A stretch of 64,000 nt of DNA from Isurus oxyrinchus (GCA_026770705.1 JANJGN010000022.1:14074001-14138000); one strand, 5' to 3'; numbered from the stretch's first letter, positions 21,831 through 36,600 are shown. Numbers and translations: made by a program. Notes: a model not told the origin generated them from the letters alone.

Positions 21831-22486
21831 GTTTGAAGGATTGTTATTTGTCTGTTTTGGAACTCTTTGGATAGTTTTTCCTATATTAAAAAATATAACG
21901 GACATATTAATCGCTATTTCTTCCTTGATATGTGATCAATTTGTGATTTTTTTTTTTTGCTTTTATTCTGGTAAAACCTCAATTTATTTTGTCCGATATT
22001 AGTTTTATCAGTAAGATTGAGACTTTAGTTTCCAACTACGGGGGCTACTCCTCCTGCACCTGCCCTCTTTTTATTCCCTCAACCCCCCCCCAACCCCAGC
22101 TATGTATGCTGTTCGGCTGCTCCCTGTGTGTGATGCACTAAATTGTAGTACAGCTTGTTGTTAGGGTAATCCCCAAACTACTCACGTTTGTTGCTGTGGT
22201 GGGTAGATGGTAGGTGGTGATGGTAGCTACTCTCATTAGTGTGAAGAATTACAATTATGTTATAAAGATCTTCCTCCATGTATAACAAAGTAAATCCAGA
22301 AATTTTCACAAGAAGATAAACTTTAGCCTCAGTTTACAATACTGTTGAATTATAACATTTATCTTTAAAATTCAGAAGTGGTGTTAACCCATGACACACT
22401 CTCTATTTTTCACCATTGTTAGCCTGGAATTTAGAATCATTGTAGAAAGCAGCAAAGTGAATGTGGTGGAGACTTAGAAAAATGTT

Positions 22487-22950
22487 GTCAAGGCTTGAGA
22501 ATTGCAGCTATGAGGAGAGATTGGATAGGCTAGGGTTGTTTTCCTTGGAACAGAGGAGGCTAAGGGGTGACCTAATTGAGGTGTACAAAATTATGAGGAG
22601 CCTAGATAGGATAGACAGGAAAGACTTGTTTCCCCTAGCTGAAGGGTCAGTTACCTGGGAGCATAGATTTAAGGTGATTGGTAGAGAGGACATGAGGAAA
22701 AACTTTTTCACCCAGAGGGTGGTGGGCGTCCAGAATTCACTACCTAAATTGGTGGTTGAAGCTGAAAGGCTCTGCTCATTTAAAAAGATACCTGGATTTG
22801 CATCTGAAATGCTGTAACCTGCAAGGCCATGGACCAGGTGCTGGAAAGTGGGATTAAAATGAGCGGCTAGTTTCTTTTTTCTCTTTTTGGCCGACACAGA
22901 CACAATGGGCTGAGTGGCCTCTTTCTGCACCATAACCTTTCTATGGCTCT
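22487..22950 (+). mobile_element. CR1-type LINE 3' fragment (relatively young)
   Basis: LENCSYEERLDRLGLFSLEQRRLRGDLIEVYKIMR...RKNFFTQRVV; same subfamily as 49866-50365 and 44190-44428. Confidence 0.9.
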
Positions 22951-25391
22951 AAGAGATTTGGAACATTCATTAGTTCACGTGTGCATAATTATTTCTACTG
23001 TTATTTATAGTAAAGTACAACTGTTACTTGACTGCTGCTGGAATTTGCTGGGCTATTTGAAGCAGTAAGAGTAGTGCTCATAGTAATGTGAAACCACAGA
23101 TGTCGGTAATCTAATCTAGATCATGTGGCAAGAACATAAACCCTGACTATATACAATACAGAATTGAAATGTAAAATTGTACATATAATTACAATACTAC
23201 TACTACTGAAACATTCATTCTGATGATGATAATGGAATGGGAACTCCATTTTTGGGAGGCTTCTTTTGCAAGTTTGAAACGCTTGGAGGAAATAGGGCCC
23301 TGATGTGATTAAGGTAGGCCAAAAATGAGATTTTTTTTTTTAAAGTGTATATTACATGAATTTTTAAACTTGTTCATGATCATTATGCCTAACTGAAGAG
23401 CAACAATTCTATATAGCCAGGCTTTTTTTTTCCTCCTGGGAGACCTGATTAGTACTGGTGTGATTTTTATTAAGTAGTCAGAGTAGGAAAAGAAGAGATG
23501 GACACGTGAACATATGTTCTTTTGTTCCCTTGGCCAAGTGTGACTCTATAATGTCCAAGTCTGTTCAAGAGGTTAACAATGCTTCCATATGTGAGGAGAC
23601 TTTTCCAACATGTCCGTATGTGCAAAGATTATCGCAGAAATTTAGAAGGAGTCAACAGTTGTCCTACACTTTTCCAGAGTGCACTTTGAGGTTCCTCCAG
23701 ACTGCAATCCCAAAACAGTCAGTGAATTGATGAAATACTGCGCTTTTACGCTGTTAGCCTTGTTATGAAAACCCTGAAAAATTTACACCTCTTGAATGAG
23801 ATGTAACTGGGTTTCTAATGTATTATCAAGTTCATAATTATTGCTGTAAATGCCCACTGGTTTGGAAAAGCTGATTTTTAAAATTTTATATTTATGAAAT
23901 ATCATATTTCTCAAAGATGACAACATTTCACGTTTTTTCAAAGCTGGTTTATAATATTTCAGTTTCTATCTTAATCCAGTCACAATTCATTTCACTATCT
24001 GAAAATGTAAATTAGAAATGAAGGATAATAAGTGCTTTTAACTTCCTAGTTGTCTGTATGTGAGAATACTTGCGTGTGATTGACTGTCTACTGCATGCTG
24101 ACATCACTGCTGCTGGGTGCCTGGAGAGCCCCATGGAGATTCAAGCTGTCTTTGAGATCTCTGCAGAGATTGCTAGATCTTTGTGGGTAATTTCTTTGAG
24201 GTCAGCAGCCAGAGTATAATTTAAAGTAATATTCTGGGTTAACTTTCTCTATATTCATAACAATCTTACTACCTCTAAGATCATCTCATAGACGCTTCTT
24301 TGACGAGCTGAAAAGTACAAATCCTGCCTTCTAATCTGACCACAGTTACTTTGGATCAGCCTTGTGACCCTTCTCTTCATTGCCTCCAGTCCTTGAATCT
24401 CTCTCCAGTTTCTTGGGAACCAGAAATATTCAAGGTTCAATCTATTATTTTGGCTCTGTAGGTCAACATTCTTTTGACTTTGATTGCTGTTCTACATTGA
24501 TAGGACATGGTCAATGCCAAGTCTGTTAAGACTGCTAGGGTTTCTTCCATTTCATCTGAACTATTTCAACACCATTGATGTGATATTGCTGTTGTTTGTC
24601 TTCCTATGTGCATCATTCTATAATTGACTACGTTAAGTGATTTCTTTTTTTTGCCTATTTGAACATTTTTGTTCAATTCATTTTGTAATTTCTGAGCAAT
24701 TCCAGTGCACCACCTGGTTGTATCCAGGTCATTGATGTAGATAACTTTTCAGTCTTGGTGGATTTGCCTCCAGCTGCTGGAGGTGCAAAAATGTGTCCTA
24801 ATCCACAGTGCCATTCAATTTCTTTATCAGAATCTATTGAAAAAAAAATCTAATTGTATAAAAGAACTGTGATATCTTTGATAATTATCTCCATGTTTTC
24901 GGAATATCACGTTACATAAATACTGCTGATGTTTTAATGAGATTTCCAAGTGTTGTGGAGCCCCACTGAAGGAGCTGAATTGATATTCATGGTTGGTATG
25001 AAGATATTCTGAGGCACTTCAGATCAAACTGTCATTGTTGAAGTTCACTCAGCTTCCTCTTGTCAACCTCAGTAACTTCTCTGAGTCAGCTTCTTGAATG
25101 ATAGCAACCTGCTCTCTGTAAAAATAGTTTTCTGAAAGCGTAGTTTGAAAGGCTATTATAAGCAGCCTGTCAGAGACCATAGTTCCTTTTTTTGTAAAAG
25201 AGATACCAATAGGAAGATTTCATTATACAATTGAGAAAATTCAAAGTTGCTTTAGCAGTTAGCATTAATTGTTTTATAATTACTAAACCAATTGAGCTGT
25301 TGTTTATCTTAAATAAATTAATTTTTCAAGAATGTTCAATTATTATTCTAGCACTCAATTTGTTTTGTGTCTTTGATTTTTCTTTTGATAG

Positions 25392-25553
25392 CCATCTTGG
25401 TACGTCCAGTCACTGCTTTTTAACTTTTGTCAAGAAGTAAACCGGGTTGGTGGTCATGCTCTTCCTAAGGTCACACTTCAGGAGTTGTTGAAGACTTGTT
25501 TGGATGAGGTGCTTACTGGTTATGAAACATTATGCTCTGTAAAACAAGATAAG
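25392..25553 (+). CDS. COG1: COG1 exon 9 (162 nt)
   Basis: Acceptor TTTTGATAG; PSWYVQSLLFNFCQEVNRVGGHALPKVTLQELLKTC...; donor AAG|GTGCGT. Confidence 0.95.
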
Positions 25554-27688
25554 GTGCGTATATAAAGAAAACTTGTCAGGCCACATTGGTGTGGCTCTAA
25601 CTAGTACTGTAGCTGCAATATAACTACAAAGTATGCAGAGAAAATCCTGAGACATGAATTGCACTTTGAAAAATTAACAATTGCAAGTCTCATTGGAGTC
25701 AAGTATGCATCACTATCTGTAATTCCTCTCTAGTCAACCGTTGCTCTTTATTCTATTTAGTTGATCAGTTTGTTTACTCGTGAAGAATTGTCTTTCACTT
25801 TTACTATTAGGAGATAAACAAATCTACATTAATTGACTGGATAATGTATAGAAAATTATGACAGGGTATCTTTAATTTCAGTGGGATAGTGGAATTTATT
25901 TTGCTTCTGTCTCGTGTTGCCTAGGAAACCGTATGTGTTACCATTATTATCTAAACCAGACCATGTTCACAATGGTGAGAGCAACTCACCTCAACTTGCA
26001 ACATCTTTTATATTTGGTTAGTTGCTGATGGCAACTGTAACTGTTTAAATAAAAACATTGTTTTCATGAAGCAAAAATAAAATTATTGAAAACTACAGAA
26101 ATTAAGCAGCCAGCTTTCAGTTTATGGTGTATATTCAGTCTCATATGTGTTACTAATTCACTATGCAGCTCATGCATCCATGCAGAAGATCATTCTCTCT
26201 ACTGTGTCATTAAATTCAAAAGTAAGATTGGATGAAGGCTGAAGCTTTTTGACCGCTTTTCTACTGGAATAACTTTCAGTAAAGTTAAATCAGTGGAGTG
26301 GGAGCAACTCACCAGAAATTCACAAGTATTATTTTCAGAAACTTACTGCATCAAAAGATGAAAATATTATGATAATGTAAATGCCTTAAAATGCCAGCCT
26401 TCTAATCCCCAATTTTTATGATGTATATAATCGCTGACAAAAAAATCTGAATATCTTAAAGTTCCTATAGATGGCTTGTTTCATTCCTTCTAAATGTGTC
26501 TAGTGCACTGCAGGCCTCAATAGTGCATGGATCATGCTCAAAAGTGTGCTGAAGAGATCTGGTGGTTAAAGTTTTATACCTCTGATTCTCCAGACCTACT
26601 GCTGCGAAAATAAGTAACCAGAGCTGTAATCTCACAAAACTTGGAACTGACTCCATTTTAACATGCAATCCAAACTGGTCTACAGCTCTTCAAACACCAG
26701 AAAATCCTTTAAAATATTTTATCTAAGTATGAGAAGTGACAAATTAAAATCACACTGAAATGTAAAAAGAGTAAACAAGCAAATAATTTAACTGGCTTTT
26801 CTTTCAGTATTTCAGGAGATTACCGCAACCATTCTTATTATGGTGGGAGGCAACAGCAATTTTGTACCTTCCCCAAAGCACTTGTCTCAAATAGTTGCTT
26901 TGACTTTTTGCATCTGTTTCTTCAAGAAAATGACTTGTGTAAATACAACAAACATTTGAAGAACTTTTTAACCCCGAATAATCCCTTTTTATTTGATTTA
27001 CAGTCAGATGATTGCCATTCAAATTACTAGTTCCTGATTACACTTGCAGAGCCTGCTTACATTGGCAGTACTTTCCTCACTCTCTCCAATTACAATCTGA
27101 TCTCAGAGTATTTGCAAGATGCTAAAGTCAACAATGCACTTTGTATGGGCCAGGAGAGAACTTGTGGCTTTGTTTGTTTTTCTTTCATTGCAACTTGTTT
27201 TATCTTCTGATTTAGATCCTCATTGCTTCAAATTATTTCTCATTCAAGGGATAGGCAGGTAACCAGCTGAATTATCTTTGTCAAAATTACATTACTAGAA
27301 AGATAAAATTGTGTCCTGATAACCTTAAATTATAAATTTGTTGTTCCATGGCCTTTTTTTGTTGGCCAAAGTTGGTGGTTCCTTTTTCATGCGTATGCTG
27401 AGTTGTTCACAAGAGACAGGCTGTCTGTCACTATGGCTACCATGATAGCAGAATTTGCTGATAGCTTCCTGTGGTTATACCCTGCTACTTTCAACAACAA
27501 GGTGTGATTGTGGAGTTTTAAGTAAGATCCACTGTACCTAAGGATTAGAAGTCCTTCATTCAAAAACTGTTTTCTTTCTGATTTACAAACATCTTAGAAT
27601 GAAAGATTACTGAACTAGCTTCTTTGGAACATAATTGCTAAATGTGACACTAACGTTTTGATGTTATTCAATTTGTGTTCTGCTTCAG

Positions 27689-27816
27689 ATTGATTCTGCG
27701 TTCCCTTTAACCCAGAATAGAGCTCTGCAGCTACTTTTTGATCTTAGATACCTTGGTTCAATTTTAACGGCCAGAAATGAAGAGGTAAAAAGCAGCAGGA
27801 TCCAGCAGGACCCGAG
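27689..27816 (+). CDS. COG1: COG1 exon 10 (128 nt)
   Basis: Acceptor TTCTGCTTCAG; IDSAFPLTQNRALQLLFDLRYL...; donor GAG|GTACTG. Confidence 0.93.
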
Positions 27817-27929
27817 GTACTGATCTTCTGTTAAATAGCAAAGTTATTCAATTTTATATATTTTTTTTATACTCCTGATATCAGAGATCCAAATGTTAAG
27901 GTTGATATTCTTTTGTGTTTTTTGAACAG

Positions 27930-28038
27930 GGTTCAGAATGTGGCAGATGCTTTGGAAAGTCATATTGATCCATTTGATTTGGATGTTTTTACTCCACACC
28001 TCAACAACAATTTAAACAAACTTTCTCAAAGAACTTCA
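27930..28038 (+). CDS. COG1: COG1 exon 11 (109 nt)
   Basis: Acceptor TTTTTGAACAG; VQNVADALESHIDPFDLDVFTPHLNNNLNKLSQRTS; donor TCA|GTGAGT. Confidence 0.95.
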
Positions 28039-28781
28039 GTGAGTACAGCAGCCATATTCAAAACAAATTTGTCTCTTGTTTTTCAAGTTGCAACCTCGGC
28101 TAGAATATTGGGCCAATACTTAATGAAACTGAGTTGATAAGCTGACGTAAGGGTAGAGTATTACCGTAGCTTGCGTTTGGCTGGCTACAGAGCCACAGCA
28201 TTGTCTATATTATATAGATAGCTAAGGTTGCCTGCTTTTACGCTTTCCCCATGATTTGCAGTACAGATAAGTAGAAATAAAACACATATTTTACTAGAAA
28301 TATATATACACTTTCCATTAAGTGAAAAGAAGTTTAATTGCTCATTTAGCTCTTTGCAAGCTTTGCAGTGTATTTACCATTGCCTGATTAACTTTTAAGT
28401 GTTAGTTTTCGCCTCATTACTATATTGATAACCATACTAAATTTTAAAATATCTCTAAAACATATCTGTACCTTATACTGTATCAATCTGCTCATACATC
28501 AGCCTATGCTTAATGATATAAGTTGGTTCCCTATCCATCAGTGCCTTAAATCTAAAGTCTAGCTCTTTAAATCCCTAATTCCAAAAATTATCTTTCATTG
28601 GCTGAAAGTGTTTTCCCGGAATTGAAAGCCCATGGTCTTCAGCCACATCAGGCTTTGAAATGTAAAATGTGCCAAAGCAGGGCTTTGAGCCAGAATTTTT
28701 CAGCAGCCCCTACTGTCTGATAGGAAAATGTTGCATATATGTAGAAAAGACACTGTAAATATACATATTTCTGTCCTTTAG

Positions 28782-28891
28782 GTACTATTTGGGTTATTAA
28801 CAGGCACAGAGAAACAATACACCAGCAGAAGTGGACCTTTTAATTCACAAGAACCTCATAACATCTTGCCGCTGGCTTCTAGTCAGATCCG
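28782..28891 (+). CDS. COG1: COG1 exon 12 (110 nt)
   Basis: Acceptor GTCCTTTAG; VLFGLLTGTEKQYTSRSGPFNSQEPHNILPLASSQIR; donor CCG|GTAAAT. Confidence 0.95.
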
Positions 28892-29870
28892 GTAAATGAA
28901 TTTCGTTGCATTCCTGCAGCAGCAAACAGTAAATTTGTGTGCATGTTGATGTGGTCTGATAAGAATTGCAATACAGACCAAGCTTGATCATTAGATACTG
29001 TTGGTCTGTTTTCTGTTCAAATGGCAAACAGATGAGACTACATAGCTCTATATACCAAAATAATTTTGCTCTGATAATAGGAATTTAACAATTATGGAAA
29101 CCAGAAGACCTCCATCCTAAAGGATTGCTCATCAAATGTTCTTTGATAACATTTCCTGTGAAGAGCCTTGGATGTTTTACAACATTAAAGGTGCTATGTA
29201 AATGCAAGATCTTGTACTAAATTTAATTTGCTTGTTTGGACACCCGTCCCCCATCCCAATTTTTAAAATTTTCCGGCAGATGGAGCTCTTCAGTCCATCT
29301 GACCTTATAGCCACAATATTTCCTTGGTCTATTTGTTATAATCCTAAATATCATTTCCTGAAACCCACTAAGTTTGAAATACATCAGCCAACACAGTAAT
29401 TCTGTTTCAGCACCTTACAAGCATTGCATTGCTTGTTTATCATGCAGACTGAAGTTCTCAAACCAAATCTTCCCAACACACCAGAAAAGTATTCTTTTTT
29501 AAGTGGCTCAGTAAGATAGTAAAGGAAAAATGCTAATTTGGCTGTGTAATGCTGCTAATGTTCAAGTACATGTAGACCACCTGGGTTTATAGTAACAGCT
29601 TAGTTTACAATGTGTGTGTTTGGTGAGAAGTTCAATCCCCTGTGTGCCGGCTTGCCAACTGGCCCTGGTAAAAAGTGAAGGAGTGTGTGCAGCTGATACA
29701 ATAAGCAAATTCCAGTTTCTGCTTTGACGATGCTCAGCAATTCAGCCAACGTATTGCATTTTATTATGTTCACGTAGATAATTTTCTCACTTGCTCGGAT
29801 CCATAATGTTTTGTCAGTAGTGGTTAACTAATCTGTACATGGCATCAATCTTGTGAATCTATGTTTCCAG

Positions 29871-29949
29871 ATTTGGTTTGTTGCCACTTAGTATGGCGAG
29901 TTCACGAAAGCCTAAATCATCTGTCCAGGGAAATGAAGTTAAGAATCAG
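29871..29949 (+). CDS. COG1: COG1 exon 13 (79 nt)
   Basis: Acceptor ATGTTTCCAG; FGLLPLSMASSRKPKSSVQGNEVKNQ; donor CAG|GTCAGT. Confidence 0.93.
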
Positions 29950-30151
29950 GTCAGTGTAATTACTTTATTTCTTTTCATATTACTGTGATGTGTGTATATA
30001 TAGACTTGATTTAAAATATAACTCTTAGTACTATTTTTTTTAAAGTGTCTAAATCTTTTAGCTTTTACAAAATAGGCTTACCTACCTCATTGAAGTTTGT
30101 TTGCATTTAGTACATTGACCTGTTTTTTCTTCATAAAATGATAGCAAGGTG

Positions 30152-30723
30152 GGGCAGAATTTTACATTCAACGTGCGGGTGTGCAGGACACGCCGGAATG
30201 TAAAATGACGCACGATAACGTCAGGTGTGCATCCTGATGTCATTGCGAACTTATGTGATATTTCGTTCGGCGCATGCGTGCCTGAGTCAGCCTTTACGTT
30301 TTTTAGGAAACCTCATCCACGAGTGGGATGAGGTTTCCTAAAGCTAATACTGATGAAATAAAAACTTCATTTTGAAAATAAAAACTTGTCCCATCTCATG
30401 TGGCACAGTTACAAGAGGGGACATGTTTCATTAAATTTTTAATGTCCTTATATATTTTTTTTAAAAAGCGCTTCCAACTCCCTGAGGCAGCTCTGTGCCT
30501 CAGGGAGATTGAAGCGCTCTTTTGCGCGCATGAACGAACTGTGCGCCAGGCCTGCTCTCCCTTCTCCCTCGTACCCCTGCCCTCATAGGTAGCATTACTG
30601 CTTGCGATCCACGCAGGGGGGCTTCAGTTGGCCCGTCCATGTGAAATCGCGGTGCGGAGCCAATCACGATTGGCTCCGCGACTGCTCCCACTGAGCCCAC
30701 CTGGCGACTGAATAACCCTGGCC
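30152..30723 (+). mobile_element. Harbinger-type MITE, apparently full length, 3-bp TSD GTG
   Basis: GTG-GGGCAGAATTTT...AATAACCCTGGCC-GTG; imperfect TIRs; internal hairpins shared with the other copies. Confidence 0.75.
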
Positions 30724-30771
30724 GTGGAATTTTGACAAATTAGCATTGCTTTTTATTTATGGTTACATCTT

Positions 30772-33640
30772 TGGCAGCCTTCCTTCTCATGAGAAGATGG
30801 TGGTCAACTCTGTGTTAAAAGAGGAGCTCAGGCACCCCACTCTGTCATGGCAGTCTCTGCCACATTTGCTGCAGATCAAGGCACTTTGCTGAGAAGCTGC
30901 AGGATTTGCTTGGTTTTCCCCTGGGCCCTGTTCTTGACCAGCAGAGCTTTCCATTTCGCCTTGCCTCTTCTAATGCCCTACCAAATAGTCAGCCTGTAGA
31001 GGTCATGGCTGACAAGTGTGTCCCAGTTGTCAGTGTTAAACGTCAACCATCTTAATATCTTGCTTGCAGGTGTCCTTATAACAGAGGTATGAACGTCCAG
31101 CAGCTTGTGACTCTGTGCCCGATCCACCTTACAGAAAGTCTTCGGGTACGTGGCCGTCGTCCATCTGATGAAAATGGCCGAACCAGCCCAGATGTCTTGG
31201 CTTAGCAATAAGTGCATGCTGATGGAATTAACATGCTTCAGGATCTCTGAGCTGATGTTGTCCTGCCAAGAGACATTGAGGATTTGTCAGAAACAGCAAA
31301 GATGGAAACTGTTCAGCTATTTTACCTGTTAGCAATGCACTACTGTAGAGGAGTGCACTGAGGATGCAGGTTTGGCTGACACGCAGTTTGATGTTCTCAG
31401 GTTGCTGTTGTTCCATGCTCTTACTCAGCTTGGACATAACAGCTGTACCTTTTGCAACGCGTGTGTTGATTTCAGCATCAAGTGACAGATTGCTGGTGAT
31501 TGTAGAGCCGAGATATGTAAAACAACTTCCAGTGTCATCTTGTCAATGTTGATTAATGGCAGTAAAGCAACATTCTGAACCATGACACTTGTCTTTCTGA
31601 GGTTAATGGGCAAACCATACTCTTTGCAGGTGGGAGAAAGCCTGTCTGTTTTCTGCTGAAGGTGTGCCTCAGTCTGGAATGAGTGTGGCATCATCAGCAT
31701 AGAGCAGCTGTTTGAGGACTTGGGGCATTTTTGTCTTGGATCCCAGCCGGGTAAGGTTGAACAGCTTTCTGTCAGCTCTGGTATGCAAGTAGACGTGCTC
31801 TCTTGATGAAGCTTTCATATTCCTTCAGTTCAAAGAGAAGAATATGTCAAAGATTGTTGGTGGCAGAATACAACCCTGTTGACCCCACTACGGATCTCAA
31901 AGGGTTCCAATCTTGCTCTGTCATAGCTGACCTTGTCCATTATGTCCTCATGGAAAGAGGAGATCACACTGAGCAGCTTCAGGGGTAGCCAATTTTCTGC
32001 AGCAGCTTAAATACACCATATGTGCTCATCTGGTTGAATGCCTTGGTGAGATCGATGAAGATAATATATAGTGGCCTTCTTTGTTCATGGCATTTCTGTT
32101 GCAGCTGCCGGACTGAAACTCATGTCAATTATAGATCTTCCAGTTCTGAAACCGCACTGAGGTTCGGGATATTTGGGTTCAGCCAAGATCTGGAGTCTGG
32201 CCAGGGCAAATACATTTCCCACGCTGCTCAGCAGGGAGATGTTTCAATAGTTGTTGCAATCGCTGTCGTCTCCCTTGGTCTTGTACAGGGTCATAGTCTT
32301 TGCATCATGCATATCCTGAGGCATTGCTCCCTCCTTCCAGCAGTGACAGAGAAGTTTGTGCGGATGCTGCAGGAGTGCTGGTTTCGTGTGCTTGATGAGT
32401 TCAGGTGGGTATAGTATCTGCACCTGGAGCTTTGCCAATGGCAACTGAGTCAGTAGCTTTGCTAAACCCCTTCACTGTGGATTCAGTATCCAGTTCTTCC
32501 ATGACAGGATCTTTCTCAGTTACAATGTTCTGTCTAGGGTACAATTAAAGGTTGTGTTCCATCCATCTCTCCAACTGTTTATTGCAGTCAGTGATGACCT
32601 CCCCGCCTTTGTTTTCATTAAAGCCGGTTTCTTTGATGGACCTGTTGCCTCTTTTGATCCCATTGTACATACCCCTAGCATTCCTTGTGTTGAAAGACAT
32701 CTGGATAATCTGACAAGGTTTTAACCAGTAGTCACGGGTGCACACCCAGCAGACTGTTGGACTTTACTTTGAGCAGCTCATAATGCATTCAGAGCCTCTT
32801 ACGCAAATCCCTCTTGTACTGAATGAGATTTGATCACTTAGTTTCAATAACAGGCTTCATCACAGCGATGTTAGTCTCGAACCAGTCAACACTTCCCGCT
32901 CTTGCTTTCCATATGTTGAGAGTGCAATATTGTAAATGGTGTCTTGAAGTGTGTTCCATTTTACTTCTGTACTATATGTGGGGGAAAACTGTTCGAGGCA
33001 AGGAACTGTTGCTTCTTATCTGCGTAGACATTATGGCAGACGTTGACACGAAGACAGTTTTTCTGCTTTGAATGCATGCTAACCCTGGGACACTAGGAAG
33101 TGATCTGTTACAGTTGGTGCTGTGGTAGCTGCATATGTTGAGAATGCTGTTGAGAGAATCGTAAGAGATTGGAGAGAACACATTCTGAATGATATACGGA
33201 GGATTCTGTAAGTTCCTTACAGTGAAGCCTTCACTCTGCTCATGCGTTTCCTCTCCACTCTTCCCCTGGCAGATGAATGTGTAATGTTTCTCCTTTCAGT
33301 GATCCACTCTCGGCGAGGCTTGTCTCTTGTTGGAAAGCCAAGTCAGTGTTCATCCTAATGGCTTGGTTGCAGGAAAGATGACATATTTAGACATTTGGAC
33401 TTTGGACTCCAACTCCAACTCCCTTTGCCTTCAACTCTCCCAAGGTGTCCACAAGGCCGCAGAGCTATTCACATAGCTGGGAGTTTGGTTCATGAGCACG
33501 TGTCTGGGGGGCCACGGCTCCTCAGAAGCTTTAGCCTGTGACCACAAGGGACCCAATTTCTGTATGTCACCATGAGGAGGCACAGCAGAGAACTTGCAGA
33601 TGGAGAGGATGTGTATTCACAGGGAGAGGCTTGTGCTTTA
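30772..33640 (-). mobile_element. RTE-clade LINE, about 2.9 kb, near full length but heavily degenerate
   Basis: Minus-strand peptides CWKEGAMPQDMHDAKTMTLYKTKGDDSDCNNY, QLLYADDATL (catalytic motif near 31685-31710), ILSALLYSS, and endonuclease-like QETSLAESGSLK near 33300; many stops and frameshifts. Confidence 0.85.
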
Positions 33641-36600
33641 GGCTCATCTTTTTGCATTGCTGCTAGGCAGTGGTGTATGCTGAAAATGAAAAGAAAACTA
33701 GCACACAAAAACGTCAACTCTCTTGACCCACATGCTTGATGCATTACATTGACTTGTTTGGCACTGCTATGTTGTGTGTCCCAAGCTGGTGCTTTGGATC
33801 CAATCAGGAAGGTCAAGAGGGGGGCCTTGACCTGTGGGAAACTCAGGGCCTTCACGTTTTGCCCATGCCTGTGCCCTGGAGAGGACACTGCAGCTTTGCT
33901 GCATAGAGTATACTACTTAAACTTTATAGTAATGATGAATAAAATCCATTCATACTGCTCTTTTGTAATGTACATTGCCATAGACAGATACTGATAATTA
34001 AGTACAATGATATTCTGAAAAGTGGCACACCTTTTTCTGCACATGCCAAACACTGATTCAGCAGAACAAGTGCATTATATTGACAAAACACCCCTTGGCT
34101 CGTCTCTCATTCCACATACTAAGACAGTGGATAATCTTGATTGTTAAATTGGTACCGTGTATTTTATCTTTATTGTTGGTACTGCACTACATATTCTTAC
34201 AATGTGACACTTATTTTACAAAATGTAATTTTTACTTGAGTGATTTAATTTAACTACTTTCTGTAAATTCAGTTTCAGTTGATACATTGAACTGTCACAG
34301 CTGCGGCCTTCTTGATGAAGCGTCACTGGGTATTTCATTGTCTTGTGTGCAGTGTACTTGGCTTTGCATTGCAGCTTGAATAACAATACACAGTAGACAG
34401 TATTATGATCCGGTAACAATCAATACCAGTGTATCCGTGGTGAGTGAGTGCGTAGTGGTTGTGTGAAGCTACATTCAAGGCTATTTAAGACTAACTTTGC
34501 TAAAACCAAATCTTACTTTGAACCAGCTCAATTCTTTGAATTTTCTCTAAACATAGATAAGAAATCTCATCTCTTCCAAGTAGCCAAACAATAATATGAG
34601 CTTCACATTGTTTTTTTTAAGCTCAGAGCTTCCTGTTTCTCTAGTAGACTGGCATTGAATTTTCAGCTGAAACCGCAATATTTAAAATGTCTGGACTATA
34701 CTCCCTTACTATAGTATTGATCCTAAGCTGCTAACTTAAGTTAAATATTGTAAGATTTAAAAAAATTACTCTGCTTGCCCTATTGTCTCCACCCCCATCC
34801 CCATTCCCACTTCTTTTATATACTTTTTGCGATTTCTATTTTCTAAATTAAACTTGTATTTTTTTTTGCCTAATGTCTTTTTAGTCATTTTCTAACTTTA
34901 AAACCTTTATATACCATTTTTCTTTATCTTGGTTTCTATCATGTATTTTGAAGAGTTGGAAAGGAAAGTGATTCCAGCATTTCCTAATGTATGAGGAAAT
35001 GAGACTGGCAAGAAACCTAATTTTTAAAATTTCTTCTTAATCCTTTGGATGGTTGTGCAAGTTTTGTGATTAACCAAACCTGCATCAAATTCAAAATGGA
35101 AGTTACTCCAAATTGGACAAAGAAGTGCAAATATCATCCAAACTCCTGATTCGATTAATGATAGCACAATCTAGAGTTAGGAAACAAAAGTGTCATGGAT
35201 TTTAAATACAGTATAACAGTTCAATTTTTGCCATGTAACACAAACCGAAAAAAAATAATCTAAAAGTTAATCATGAACACGTTGAGGCTAAAGTTTATCT
35301 TATGGAGGCTCTGTTGATCTGCTCAATTCAAATGCACTGGTTTTATAGTTGCCTGAATTTGTAATTTACCTATTTTTCCCTTGTTACCCTGTTGATATTT
35401 TTCTGTGATTTGTGAGTGTTCTATTTTAGTGTGCATCAGTTGAGCTGTCTAGCTGAAGCTGTGAATAATCATCGGAATACAGCAAGATTGACTTGTAATC
35501 AACTGATTACTCGTATTTTATAAGTTACTGGAGATTTAGGCAGCCCAGATGCAAGAGGCAATTTTTCTCCCTTCCTTTGGCTACCACAGATGAAGACATT
35601 GTGACTTTAATTTTTGGCTAAGTTTGAATGCGTCATACTCTTTGAGGACTGAATTTTTAAGTAGCTCTCAAATTACACGTTTTTTATCCAGTGTCATATA
35701 CAAAAAAAAATCAGGTGTTGAGTGCCAACAAGGAAAATCAAATTTGAACAGCCACAAAATTATTACTCTATCATAATATTGATGATTCAGCTGAAAACTG
35801 TAGAGTAAAATATTTGCATAGTCCGCAGAGGGTTAATAGTCTTTGTCTTGTGTTGCTCACTGAATAAAACCAATAAATTTCTATTCCAAATTCATTAACT
35901 TAATTTACTGCTTTGGAAAATACGTTTGTATTGCAGTGTGTTTGTTCTCCGAACTGCTGGCTGCTGTTTTACCATTCAGCTTGTTTCATTGTCTATCAAT
36001 GTGCATGCTACAAACATGAAAGTGATTTCTAACACAAAACAAGCGTGAATCTATGTTGATATCATCCATTTTATTAAGGCATTATTACTTAATGATGGTG
36101 AAAGGCGTTCAGCCAGTACCTGTGTAATGGGGAGCTTTTGGATAGTCTGTTTTAAATTCAGATCTTCTTTCTCCTGTCAGTTGCCTGAGATGACCATCTC
36201 CATATTGGGAATTCCTGATTACCTCTGCCACTGAAGGTTTTCACCCCTGTTTGTTAGTCTGTTGGTCTATAAACAATATATCTGAAAAACTAATGGACAT
36301 ATTTCAACAAAAACTGGTACACAGGGTATGGCCAAGGGAGAGCTGATTCGTTTTTGGCGAAGATGCGCATTCTGATCTGGATCTTGGAATTTTTAAATAG
36401 GATTCATTAACATTGGGAGATGGGATAAATAGACTTATTTTTAGAATGTTGTGGATTGTCTCAGCAGCTGAGGTGGAATTTGTCATAGCTGTCAAAATAT
36501 GAGCAGAGTTTTCAGAGCAGGTTGTTGGATGTGGATTGGCCTAAAGCCTCTCCTCTGAGAGATAGAAGCTTTTAATAAAAATATTTCTTACATCTTTGTA

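Noticed and set aside
21640-22002. 120-aa ORF over COG1 exon 8
   Set aside because: Alternative reading frame of the true exon extended into T-rich intron.
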